The notes under the pieces: model-generated
Database searches by the model: none
Told to the model about the DNA's origin: nothing
What the model saw: the letters and a program-made list of their open reading frames with translations, nothing else
Shown: positions 8,285 to 15,986 of the stretch, piece by piece
Numbering within the stretch: the first letter of the stretch is position 1
Layout of the letters: each line of letters begins with the position of its first letter
Position numbers and translations under genes: made by a program
Source: a virus
Taxonomy: Duplodnaviria; Caudoviricetes
IMG/VR virus record: IMGVR_UViG_3300033073_001635
Coordinates: 1 to 64,000 of that record
Length of the DNA stretch: 64,000 nt
Strand: one strand, 5' to 3'

Positions 8285-9856
8285 ATGGCTCAAATTAAAG
8301 GTAAACAAATTGCTGATAATTCAATCGAATTATCAAAAATAGCTAAAAGCATTTCTGGAGATATTTTAATTGCACAAGGAGCAAGTGACACTGCTTATGT
8401 ACAAGTAAGTGGAGATGCAACTTTAGCAAATAGCGGTATCTTGACAATTGCAAACAATGCAGTTGATTCTAACAAATTAGCTGATAATGCTGTCATTAAT
8501 TCTAAAATTGCTGATGGTGCTGTAGATACTGCAGAATTAGCTGATGATTCTGTTTCTACTGCAAAAATTCAAGCACTAGCTATTACTACTGGAAAACTAG
8601 AAGACCTAGCAGTAACAGAATTAAAACTTGCTTCTGATTCTGTTACTACTGATAAAATAGCTAATGCAAATGTTACATTTGCAAAATTAGCATCAGATGT
8701 TTGGTCTGATTCAATTGAATTATTGGATGATGATAAGCTTGCTAAATCTTCTGCTATCAAAGCATATGTTTCTTCAGCTGTATCTGGTGGAATTGGTGCT
8801 GCTGATACTGATGATTTGCAAGAAGGCTTGACGAATCTTTATTTTACAGATGCACGTGCAAAAACTGCAGCTGTAGTAAATTCTACAAATGGATCAGAAA
8901 CAGATCAAGCTCCATCTGTTTCTTCAATTAAGACTTATGTAGATTTAAAATTTGAAGAAGCTGTACAAGGCTTAGATATCAAACATAGTGTTAGAGCAGC
9001 ATCTGTTGCAAATGTAACAATTGCAACTCCAGGTGCTTCTATTGACAATGTAACCTTAAACAACGGCGATAGAGTTCTTTTAAAGAATCAAACTGATGCA
9101 ACTGAAAATGGTCTTTACAATTGGAATGGTGCAGCATCAGCAATGACAAGAACAGCAGATGCAGACAATACACCTGGTGCAGAAGTAACTACAGGTATGT
9201 TTGTGTTTGTTGAAAGTGGTGACGTTAATGCTGCTACTTCTTGGATTTTACATACAACAGGTACTATTAACTTAGGTACTACTTCACTAGATTTTGAACA
9301 ATTCGGTGCTTCTACTAGTTATGCAGCTGGTGAAGGTATTTCTATTTCAGGAAATACATTATCTTTTACTACTTCAGCAATTACTTCTAGTTTAGCTGCA
9401 GGCACAGATTTAGCAAAAGAAGACTCTTTGCCTCTATATGATGCTTCTACCACTACTCAAAAGAAAACTACAATTACAGCTTTAGCTGCATTCCTTGCAG
9501 ACGGAACTACAATTACAGCAGCTGATGGAAAATTAACTTCTGTAGCTATTGGTGGCGTTTTGACAAGAGAAGTTAAATCTAATCCTTCTGCAGTTGCAGC
9601 AAACGCAACTGGTAGTACAGGTTTTTCAATTGCATTAACTCCATCTAATGATTCAGCAGTTGAAGTTTACTTAAATGGTTTGTTGCTTAATCTTGGTTCT
9701 TCAACAAACGCAGAAGTTTATTTTAGTAGAAATGCTGGTACTACAGCTGTTGCTTTAGCTGATATCGTTGCTGGCGATACATTATATTTTGTAGGTACTG
9801 CTAATAATTTTGCCTTAGAAACATCAGATATTATTCAAGTTGTATATCAAGCATAA
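8285..9856 (+). CDS. fibre / head-decoration protein with 10-aa repeats
   Basis: N-terminus MAQIKGKQI, tandem V/I-x-x-x-K-I/L-A-D-x-x repeats, TDDLQEGLTNLYFTDARA, and a GLDIKHSVRAAS...GDRVLLKNQTDATENGLY domain typical of phage fibre proteins. Confidence 0.75.
   Translation: MAQIKGKQIADNSIELSKIAKSISGDILIAQGASDTAYVQVSGDATLANSGILTIANNAVDSNKLADNAVINSKIADGAVDTAELADDSVSTAKIQALAITTGKLEDLAVTELKLASDSVTTDKIANANVTFAKLASDVWSDSIELLDDDKLAKSSAIKAYVSSAVSGGIGAADTDDLQEGLTNLYFTDARAKTAAVVNSTNGSETDQAPSVSSIKTYVDLKFEEAVQGLDIKHSVRAASVANVTIATPGASIDNVTLNNGDRVLLKNQTDATENGLYNWNGAASAMTRTADADNTPGAEVTTGMFVFVESGDVNAATSWILHTTGTINLGTTSLDFEQFGASTSYAAGEGISISGNTLSFTTSAITSSLAAGTDLAKEDSLPLYDASTTTQKKTTITALAAFLADGTTITAADGKLTSVAIGGVLTREVKSNPSAVAANATGSTGFSIALTPSNDSAVEVYLNGLLLNLGSSTNAEVYFSRNAGTTAVALADIVAGDTLYFVGTANNFALETSDIIQVVYQA
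8445..8695 (+). repeat. about 8 imperfect 30-nt (10-aa) tandem coding repeats
   Basis: IANNAVDSNK / LADNAVINSK / IADGAVDTAE / LADDSVSTAK / IQALAITTGK / LEDLAVTELK / LASDSVTTDK / IANANVTFAK. Confidence 0.85.
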
Positions 9857-9860
9857 TTAA

Positions 9861-10154
9861 ATGACATTATTAAGTATTAGATCAACAATGCCAATTGATT
9901 TTAATGATCCTCTAGTCAAATTAGAATCTGATTTAGAAAATGGAAAATTTGACGAATCATATAAAAGATTAATGCAATCTAATCGTCCTAAAAAACATTT
10001 TATTGATATTAATTTATTAAAAGATTTATGTAATCAGCCATTAACATGGAAACAAATAGGAGATATTTTAAATATCAATTGTGAAACTGTGCGTAGGTAT
10101 GCTAAGACTTGGGATATTCATAAAAATAATATGCCAAAAATAAAAGCTAATTGA
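9861..10154 (+). CDS. small HTH DNA-binding protein
   Basis: LTWKQIGDILNINCETVRRYAKTWDI helix-turn-helix. Confidence 0.65.
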   Translation: MTLLSIRSTMPIDFNDPLVKLESDLENGKFDESYKRLMQSNRPKKHFIDINLLKDLCNQPLTWKQIGDILNINCETVRRYAKTWDIHKNNMPKIKAN

Positions 10155-10180
10155 ATTTTTGAATCTCTATCTGTTAAAAT
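10151..10180 (+). promoter_or_regulatory. candidate sigma70-type promoter with extended -10, upstream of the lysis-like genes
   Basis: TTGAAT-18 nt-TAAAAT with TGn before the -10, in one of the few intergenic gaps; GGAG SD before ATG 10212. Confidence 0.4.
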
Positions 10181-10211
10181 TTAATAAGTCATTAACATAT
10201 GGAGTTTAATC

Positions 10212-10610
10212 ATGGAACTTAATGAGCAATTAATTGAAACTATTATAATGTCTGCAACTGCAGGTCAATTTGGCACTCAAATAATAGAAGAAACTTTTAA
10301 ATTAAGTATTGAAAAGTTAGATGCTGCTAAAAAAGAATTAACGTTACATTTACTTAGTGGCGCTGTTTCATTTAGTGCATATTTCTTTACAAATGAAAGC
10401 TTTGTTGCAAAAGCAGCTGCGCTTGCATTTTTATCAGGTGTATTTGCTGAAGCTGCACTTAAATTATTGAAGAAGAAAAATGAATCCGCAATTGATAAGA
10501 CTACAGAACTTGCAATTAAACTAGAACAAAAAGAACGAGAAGAATTGGAAGATAAAGTTAAATTTTTAGAAGAAAAAATTTCAAAACTTCAGGAGTCTAA
10601 AAATGTGTGA
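10212..10610 (+). CDS. membrane protein with C-terminal coiled coil, holin-like
   Basis: Two hydrophobic helices and a charged tail; upstream of a peptidase M15 gene. Confidence 0.45.
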   Translation: MELNEQLIETIIMSATAGQFGTQIIEETFKLSIEKLDAAKKELTLHLLSGAVSFSAYFFTNESFVAKAAALAFLSGVFAEAALKLLKKKNESAIDKTTELAIKLEQKEREELEDKVKFLEEKISKLQESKNV

Positions 10611-10746
10611 AAAACATTCTTGTGAAGAAAATGAATGCGCATGTCTATCTGGTTTATTTGAATCATGTGAATGCTGCGAAAGTAATGAATGTGATTGTAA
10701 AGATTGTTTAGTTTGCGCAAACGAAGATACTGAAGACGGAGAATAA
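10603..10746 (+). CDS. 47-aa Cys-rich acidic peptide, metallothionein-like (absent from the ORF track)
   Basis: Translated by hand: MCEKHSCEENECACLSGLFESCECCESNECDCKDCLVCANEDTEDGE, 11 Cys. AGGAG SD at 10591-10595. It exactly fills the gap between its neighbours. Confidence 0.75.
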   Translation: MCEKHSCEENECACLSGLFESCECCESNECDCKDCLVCANEDTEDGE

Positions 10747-10748
10747 AA

Positions 10749-11372
10749 ATGACTTGTGTTATCGAAAATGAAGAACTAGCTTTTGCAGAATCAAAAACTA
10801 CTGTTTATTTGTGGTTAAAAACTAGTAATAAATTCATTCCATTTTCTGAATTAGAAAATTGCAAATGGGGAGATAACACAAAATTTGTTTTGAATATAGT
10901 AAATGAACCTATTAAATCAAAACCTCTATTAAAAAAGCCAATTTTACCAACTTCAGCTTTCTATACAAAAACAGACTATCCAGAATATAAGTTAACATTT
11001 CCTGAAATTTCTATTCCAAAATCAGAACCTATTTTACCTGAATTACCAGAACAATCATTTAATGATATGTTAATTGGTGGTGCCGCATCAGTTGCATTAT
11101 TATTATCAGTAATACAACAAATAAAACAAAAGAAAAAAGAATCTGAATCAGCAAATTGCTGTGCAAAGATTCAATATATTGAATCTGAATTTAATAAAAT
11201 TCAACAAGAATCTAAAGAATCTAATAAAACATTGCATGCAGAAATAATAGAACAGTATAAAGAAATGAAAGAATTAAAAGAGGACGCAACTGAAGTAAAA
11301 GAAATCATTTCTAAAATCATAGATAAACTTCCATTAGGAGATCAAGATGTTAAAAAAAGAACAGAAGACTAA
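10749..11372 (+). CDS. single-TM protein with Pro-rich linker and C-terminal coiled coil
   Basis: MLIGGAASVALLLSVI hydrophobic helix followed by a heptad-like tail. Confidence 0.55.
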   Translation: MTCVIENEELAFAESKTTVYLWLKTSNKFIPFSELENCKWGDNTKFVLNIVNEPIKSKPLLKKPILPTSAFYTKTDYPEYKLTFPEISIPKSEPILPELPEQSFNDMLIGGAASVALLLSVIQQIKQKKKESESANCCAKIQYIESEFNKIQQESKESNKTLHAEIIEQYKEMKELKEDATEVKEIISKIIDKLPLGDQDVKKRTED

Positions 11373-11754
11373 TTTACAAATTACAAAGAATTTTAATATT
11401 TCTGAAATGGAATATTATGATGTTGTTCCTCCTGAATTAGTTGCAAACGCAACTGAATTACTTCAAAATCTTCAAGTATTAAGAGATGCATGTGGAAAAT
11501 CTATTACAATTATTTCAGGATATAGATCTCCTGAACGCAACAAAGCTGTTGGTGGTGCTACTATGTCTCAGCATATGTTTGCTAATGCAGCAGATATTCA
11601 AATAAAAGGCATGACTCCACAACAAATGTATGATCTTGTTGAAAAATTAATTAAAGAAGGTAAGATGAAACAAGGAGGTCTAGGTTTATATCCTAGAGAA
11701 AATGGATGGATTCACTATGACACACGTGGCACAAAAGCCAGATGGAATGGTTAA
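11347..11754 (+). CDS. peptidase M15A-family Zn peptidoglycan peptidase (candidate endolysin)
   Basis: ISGYRSPERNKAVGGATMSQHMFANAADI...GLGLY...WIHYDTRG. Confidence 0.9.
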   Translation: MLKKEQKTNLQITKNFNISEMEYYDVVPPELVANATELLQNLQVLRDACGKSITIISGYRSPERNKAVGGATMSQHMFANAADIQIKGMTPQQMYDLVEKLIKEGKMKQGGLGLYPRENGWIHYDTRGTKARWNG

Positions 11755-11759
11755 AAATT

Positions 11760-12530
11760 ATGACACAAATTAAAGCAAAACAAATTGGCGATTTTACAAG
11801 TGCTGTTAGAAATCAATTAGTTGCTGGTACTGGAATTACTATTAGTTCAGGAACAATTGCTACAACAATTACTCAATACACAGATGCATTAGCTAAAAGT
11901 GCTTCTGTTGTGAATAGCATGGCAGGAACTCAATCTGATCAGGCACCTTCTGTTTCATCGATTAAAAATTATTATACAGCTGGTACTGGTATTTCTCTTT
12001 CTAATGGTGCTATTTCTACTAGTATTACTCAATATACAGATGCGCTTGCAAGAGCAGCTTTTTCAGCAGGTACTGGATTAAGTTATAATAGCAGTACTGG
12101 TGCATTTAGTTTAAATGCTTCACTTTCTAATTTAAATGGAGTTTCATTAGGTACTCCGACTTCAAATCAAGTATTGCAATATAATGGAACAAATTGGGTA
12201 GCTGCTACTTTTACACCAACTTTAACTGCTGGTAAAAGTATCTCTGTTTCAGGTTCTACTATCAATGTAAAGCCTGTAACAATTACAACAAGTTTTAATT
12301 CTTCTACTGATTTTAACGCAGATACAATTATGTTAGTAAAGATTACAGGTAATGTAACTTTACCAACTCCTTCTGCTCAAAATACAGGTTGTACCTATAT
12401 TATCAAAAACACAACAACATCTAATGTTACTATTACTGCTTCATTTTTAGAAGGTGCAAATTTCACTTTAAATGGTGCTTATAGTTCTTTAACAGTAATA
12501 TCAGATGGCACAAATTGGATGATTATATAA
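11760..12530 (+). CDS. fibre stalk/adaptor protein 1
   Basis: Likely start MTQIKAKQIG. Repeats AGTGI(T/S)(I/L)SxGxIxTxITQYTDALA. C-terminal TLPTP...SLTVISDGTNWMII domain. Confidence 0.7.
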   Translation: MTQIKAKQIGDFTSAVRNQLVAGTGITISSGTIATTITQYTDALAKSASVVNSMAGTQSDQAPSVSSIKNYYTAGTGISLSNGAISTSITQYTDALARAAFSAGTGLSYNSSTGAFSLNASLSNLNGVSLGTPTSNQVLQYNGTNWVAATFTPTLTAGKSISVSGSTINVKPVTITTSFNSSTDFNADTIMLVKITGNVTLPTPSAQNTGCTYIIKNTTTSNVTITASFLEGANFTLNGAYSSLTVISDGTNWMII

Positions 12531-12531
12531 A

Positions 12532-13209
12532 ATGACATGGATAAACTCAGATTTAAATAAAATTGCAAAACAAATACAAATGGATGTTATTAAATTTGAT
12601 TATGATACTCCATATAATGTTTCTAGTCCAACTGTTGGAACAACAGCATATCAAAAAGGATACTCTCCTCTTTTATTTGGAAATAAACAGATTATTACAG
12701 GAGTAGATTTTTTACCTGTATATAATTACACAGCAGCTACTCCTAACATACCTTATTTTAAAATAGCAGATTTTGATACAGGAACTTATATTTATATTTT
12801 TGAAATTTGTATTGGTTACTTAGGATATTCTTCTAATGAAGCTGTTCAAAGACATTGTGCTCTAACCAGCCATAGTACTTTAGATAGAATTTGGAATGTA
12901 AGTGGAGTTCCTACAATAATGCCTGCATATCAATATCAATCAACAGCTGCTACAAGTGATCCTGTTATTGGTTTTGATTATTATTCTCAGCAAGGAATAA
13001 AAGATTATACTTTAGATTTAAGTAATCCAGAAAAAACAAAATGCATATTTTTTCTTGGAGGAGGTTCTACAGGAGGAGCGTTTGTAAATGCAATTGGAAC
13101 TAATTTTTCTTTTGTATCAAGAATACTTTTAACTTCTAGAATTTCAAGTTACCCTAGTCACACTATTAATAGTGTGTCTATGACTGTAAAAAGAATCAAA
13201 AAGGTGTAA
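12532..13209 (+). CDS. putative fibre head / beta-rich virion protein (MTWIN start)
   Basis: Thr/Ser/Tyr/Ile-rich; shares its N-terminus with the next two genes. Confidence 0.5.
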   Translation: MTWINSDLNKIAKQIQMDVIKFDYDTPYNVSSPTVGTTAYQKGYSPLLFGNKQIITGVDFLPVYNYTAATPNIPYFKIADFDTGTYIYIFEICIGYLGYSSNEAVQRHCALTSHSTLDRIWNVSGVPTIMPAYQYQSTAATSDPVIGFDYYSQQGIKDYTLDLSNPEKTKCIFFLGGGSTGGAFVNAIGTNFSFVSRILLTSRISSYPSHTINSVSMTVKRIKKV

Positions 13210-13210
13210 A

Positions 13211-13615
13211 ATGACATTTATTAACTTGCAAAGTAGTTCTCTAACTATAGTTCCCAAATATGCTACTTTTATTATGCAAAATAATACAATACTTTTTCAA
13301 AGAAAGCATTTAAGTATTGCTAATGCTACAACAGTTATAAATGGATCAATTCCTCTAAGCAATATAATAAGTTTACCTCCAGGTTTTAGTTATTTTGTAG
13401 AAATATATTATTATGATCCATTTATGAATATAACTAATATTACTTGTGGAACTGCTTCTGTAACTAAAAGTATTAATGTTGATGAAGGTTATGCTTGTGC
13501 AACTTTTGATTTGCAAGGAGCATCAAATTCTTCTCTTGCAATTATTACAGGAAACACCGTAGTAGCAAGTCCAAATTCTTGTTTTATAATTGTTTGGCAA
13601 CTAGGAGGTATCTAA
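13211..13615 (+). CDS. putative fibre head, C1q/BclA-CTD-like (MTFIN start)
   Basis: NIISLPPGFSYFVEIYY resembles the C1q-like strand pattern. Confidence 0.5.
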   Translation: MTFINLQSSSLTIVPKYATFIMQNNTILFQRKHLSIANATTVINGSIPLSNIISLPPGFSYFVEIYYYDPFMNITNITCGTASVTKSINVDEGYACATFDLQGASNSSLAIITGNTVVASPNSCFIIVWQLGGI

Positions 13616-13996
13616 ATGACTTGGATTAATGTATCTTCTTATTTATCTCCAGTAACTATTAATTCTGATTATACTCAAACTACAAATAATCCTTCAGATA
13701 TTACAATATCAAATAATTATGAAACGGCTTCCAGTAGCATCTATAAATATTTGCAACAAAATATTAATACCTATTTAGATAATACTGCGGCTTCAAATAT
13801 TATAACTACAACTTATAATAATAATTCATCTAGAACTTTTTATGACACATATAATACTTATGTAAAAGCAGATGGTAATTTCGTTAGAGGTATATTAGAT
13901 ATTGGTTTAATTACTACAACTAGTTCCTTAACAAGAAGTTATACTAATTTAACAAGTTTAACTTCTAGAGCTATCATTTATTATAGGATTGTTTAA
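13616..13996 (+). CDS. putative fibre head (MTWIN start)
   Basis: Thr/Asn/Ser-rich beta-type composition; abuts both neighbours. Confidence 0.5.
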   Translation: MTWINVSSYLSPVTINSDYTQTTNNPSDITISNNYETASSSIYKYLQQNINTYLDNTAASNIITTTYNNNSSRTFYDTYNTYVKADGNFVRGILDIGLITTTSSLTRSYTNLTSLTSRAIIYYRIV

Positions 13997-14479
13997 ATGG
14001 CACAAATAAAATCTAAACAAATTGGTGATTTAAATTCTACAATTACTACTAGAATCAATGCAACATCAATTGATGCCCTTTTAGATGTAAATACTTCAAG
14101 TATCGCACCTACAAATGGACAAGCTCTTGTTTGGGAAAGTTCAACTTCGTTATGGAAGCCAAGTACTATTTCAAGTGGTGGTGGTGCTAGAATTACAATT
14201 ACAAACAAGACAAGTAACTTTGCAATCACTGACCCCGTTGCCTCATCCGTTTATGAAGAGCATTATACAATGGATAGTACAAGTGCATTGACTTTCACAT
14301 TACCTACCGCCGTTGGCAATAATGGTCTAACCTATCATATAACTAGAATTAATACCGGTGCTGTTACTGTTGCTACTGTATCAGCTCAAACAATTAGTGG
14401 TTTATCAAATGTTATTATCCCAACTCAATGGGGTAATTTAACAGTTCGTTCAAATGGATCTAACTGGATCATTTGCTAA
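13997..14479 (+). CDS. fibre stalk/adaptor protein 2 (paralog of 11760-12530)
   Basis: MAQIKSKQIGD start, IDALLDV...PTNGQALVW repeat, C-terminal TLPTA...NLTVRSNGSNWIIC. Confidence 0.7.
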   Translation: MAQIKSKQIGDLNSTITTRINATSIDALLDVNTSSIAPTNGQALVWESSTSLWKPSTISSGGGARITITNKTSNFAITDPVASSVYEEHYTMDSTSALTFTLPTAVGNNGLTYHITRINTGAVTVATVSAQTISGLSNVIIPTQWGNLTVRSNGSNWIIC

Positions 14480-14491
14480 GAGAGTCTTGTT

Positions 14492-14980
14492 ATGAGCTAC
14501 ATGATTAAACATCCTATTAATGCTAAACCTTTTCGTATGGCAGTCACTTATAATTCTACTGATTTCGTTTTTAATGCAGGTCAAACACCAAGAAGTGGAA
14601 CAATACCTTTAAATACATTAGTTCAAAGTAATGGTATGGGCTTAACACTTGCTACTAATCAGATTACATTAGTAGAGGGAAAAACTTATCTTATTTATTA
14701 CAAAGCTGGTTTGGTAAATAGTACTGAGAATAGAAGTGGCGAAATAAATATTCAAAAAAACGGTGTTACAATAACAAGTCAACCTTATGTACCAGCTATT
14801 ACAACTTCAGCAACCATTGCAAATAGCGCATGGGTTACACCTAACAATGTTAGCATGGCAGTAGTTACAGCTTCCTTAGGTGATTATATTTCATTTTTAT
14901 ATACTCGTACATCAGGAAATGTATACGCCGATACAGTTAATAGTGTAGCTAGCAAAGCTTTTATTTTGGAGATTGCATAA
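14492..14980 (+). CDS. putative fibre head, C1q/BclA-CTD-like (MSYM start)
   Basis: TIPLNTLVQSNGMGLTLATNQITLVEGKTYLIYY...GDYISF pattern. Confidence 0.55.
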   Translation: MSYMIKHPINAKPFRMAVTYNSTDFVFNAGQTPRSGTIPLNTLVQSNGMGLTLATNQITLVEGKTYLIYYKAGLVNSTENRSGEINIQKNGVTITSQPYVPAITTSATIANSAWVTPNNVSMAVVTASLGDYISFLYTRTSGNVYADTVNSVASKAFILEIA

Positions 14981-15399
14981 TGTCTTATTTACCTAACGCA
15001 CAAACTACTTATTTTCTAGATAATTCAACAACTACAAATGCTCTTGGAAGTATTGTTTCAAGTCCTTTTCAAAGAAGTGTCTTTATGCCTTGTTTTCATA
15101 ATATAAACAAAACTCATATCGCAAGTGATTCAATTATTCATATATTAGCAAGAGCTATAAACGATTCTGATGGAAATGCTGTACTTGGTCGCATTAGTTT
15201 GTCTCCTTCTCCTTATTTAAATAATTCGAAAATAGGGACTAGTATATCTCACAAATTGTCAATTGTAATGTTACCAAATACAGTACTTACATATCAAAAT
15301 CAGCCTACACAAATTGATAGTGCAATTTTAGATACAGGCGATTTAATAATGGTTGATAATCTTAATGTACTTGTAATTTCTTGTGGAGCAATATCATGA
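14980..15399 (+). CDS. putative fibre head (MSYL start)
   Basis: TAATG overlap with the previous gene; beta-rich composition. Confidence 0.5.
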   Translation: MSYLPNAQTTYFLDNSTTTNALGSIVSSPFQRSVFMPCFHNINKTHIASDSIIHILARAINDSDGNAVLGRISLSPSPYLNNSKIGTSISHKLSIVMLPNTVLTYQNQPTQIDSAILDTGDLIMVDNLNVLVISCGAIS

Positions 15400-15875
15400 G
15401 TTTTCAACCTATTCCATATCTTGATTGTCATATTTGTGAAATTGAAATTCTTGAAACTTTAAATATTTCATCTAACACTATACCAGTTAATCTAGGTTCA
15501 ATTCTTGTAGATACGGGTGGACAAATTAGTGTGACAAACAACTATATTACTTTTCCAGCAAATATGGAATTTTTTGTAAAAGCAAATATTGTAGGTCGCG
15601 CTGCTACAACTACTGGTGTAACAGGTTGTAATCCTACATTTTTAGATTCTTCAAATGTTGTTTTAGATTATCAAGCAATTGGTCAAGCAGTTGCAAGAGG
15701 TGGTGGCGTGTGGTTTTCATCTGTAGATTGTTTTATGATGTTATTTTCTTCAACATCATCTCGTAGTGCAAGGCTCTCAATTGGTAACGTAAGTGTAGCT
15801 CAAGCAATTAATATTGAATACAATAGCGCAACAAGTTATATTCCAAATTCAACAATTACAATTTTATATAAATAA
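15396..15875 (+). CDS. putative fibre head, C1q/BclA-CTD-like (MSFQ start)
   Basis: Likely start ATG 15396 (ATGA overlap, GGAG SD). TIPVNLGSILVDTGGQISVTNNYITFPANMEFFV pattern. Confidence 0.5.
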   Translation: MSFQPIPYLDCHICEIEILETLNISSNTIPVNLGSILVDTGGQISVTNNYITFPANMEFFVKANIVGRAATTTGVTGCNPTFLDSSNVVLDYQAIGQAVARGGGVWFSSVDCFMMLFSSTSSRSARLSIGNVSVAQAINIEYNSATSYIPNSTITILYK

Positions 15876-15878
15876 ATT

Positions 15879-15986
15879 ATGCAAATAAAATCAAAAACTT
15901 TTATAGGTCAACAACCTGTATATGATATTAGTGTTGATTCGCCACATCATGACTTTCAATTAGAAAATGGTGTAGTCGTTTCAAAT
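15879..15986 (+). other. split intein C-half (IntC, 36 aa)
   Basis: MQIKSKTFIGQQPVYDISVDSPHHDFQLENGVVVSN: blocks F and G, terminal Asn, +1 Cys. Confidence 0.93.

Noticed and set aside
11760-15875. Diversity-generating retroelement or invertible shufflon acting on the fibre genes
   Set aside because: No reverse transcriptase, recombinase, TR/VR pair or inverted crossover sites are seen, and all genes are co-oriented.
7856-15878. The cassette as an excisable element that restores a contiguous dnaE
   Set aside because: There is no integrase and only a 5-nt TTATG shared at the ends. IntN has its own stop codon, so trans-splicing is sufficient.
7565-15986. Assigning a cyanobacterial host from the Npu-like intein site
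   Set aside because: A shared insertion site alone does not identify the host, and no cyanophage marker genes are present in the window.
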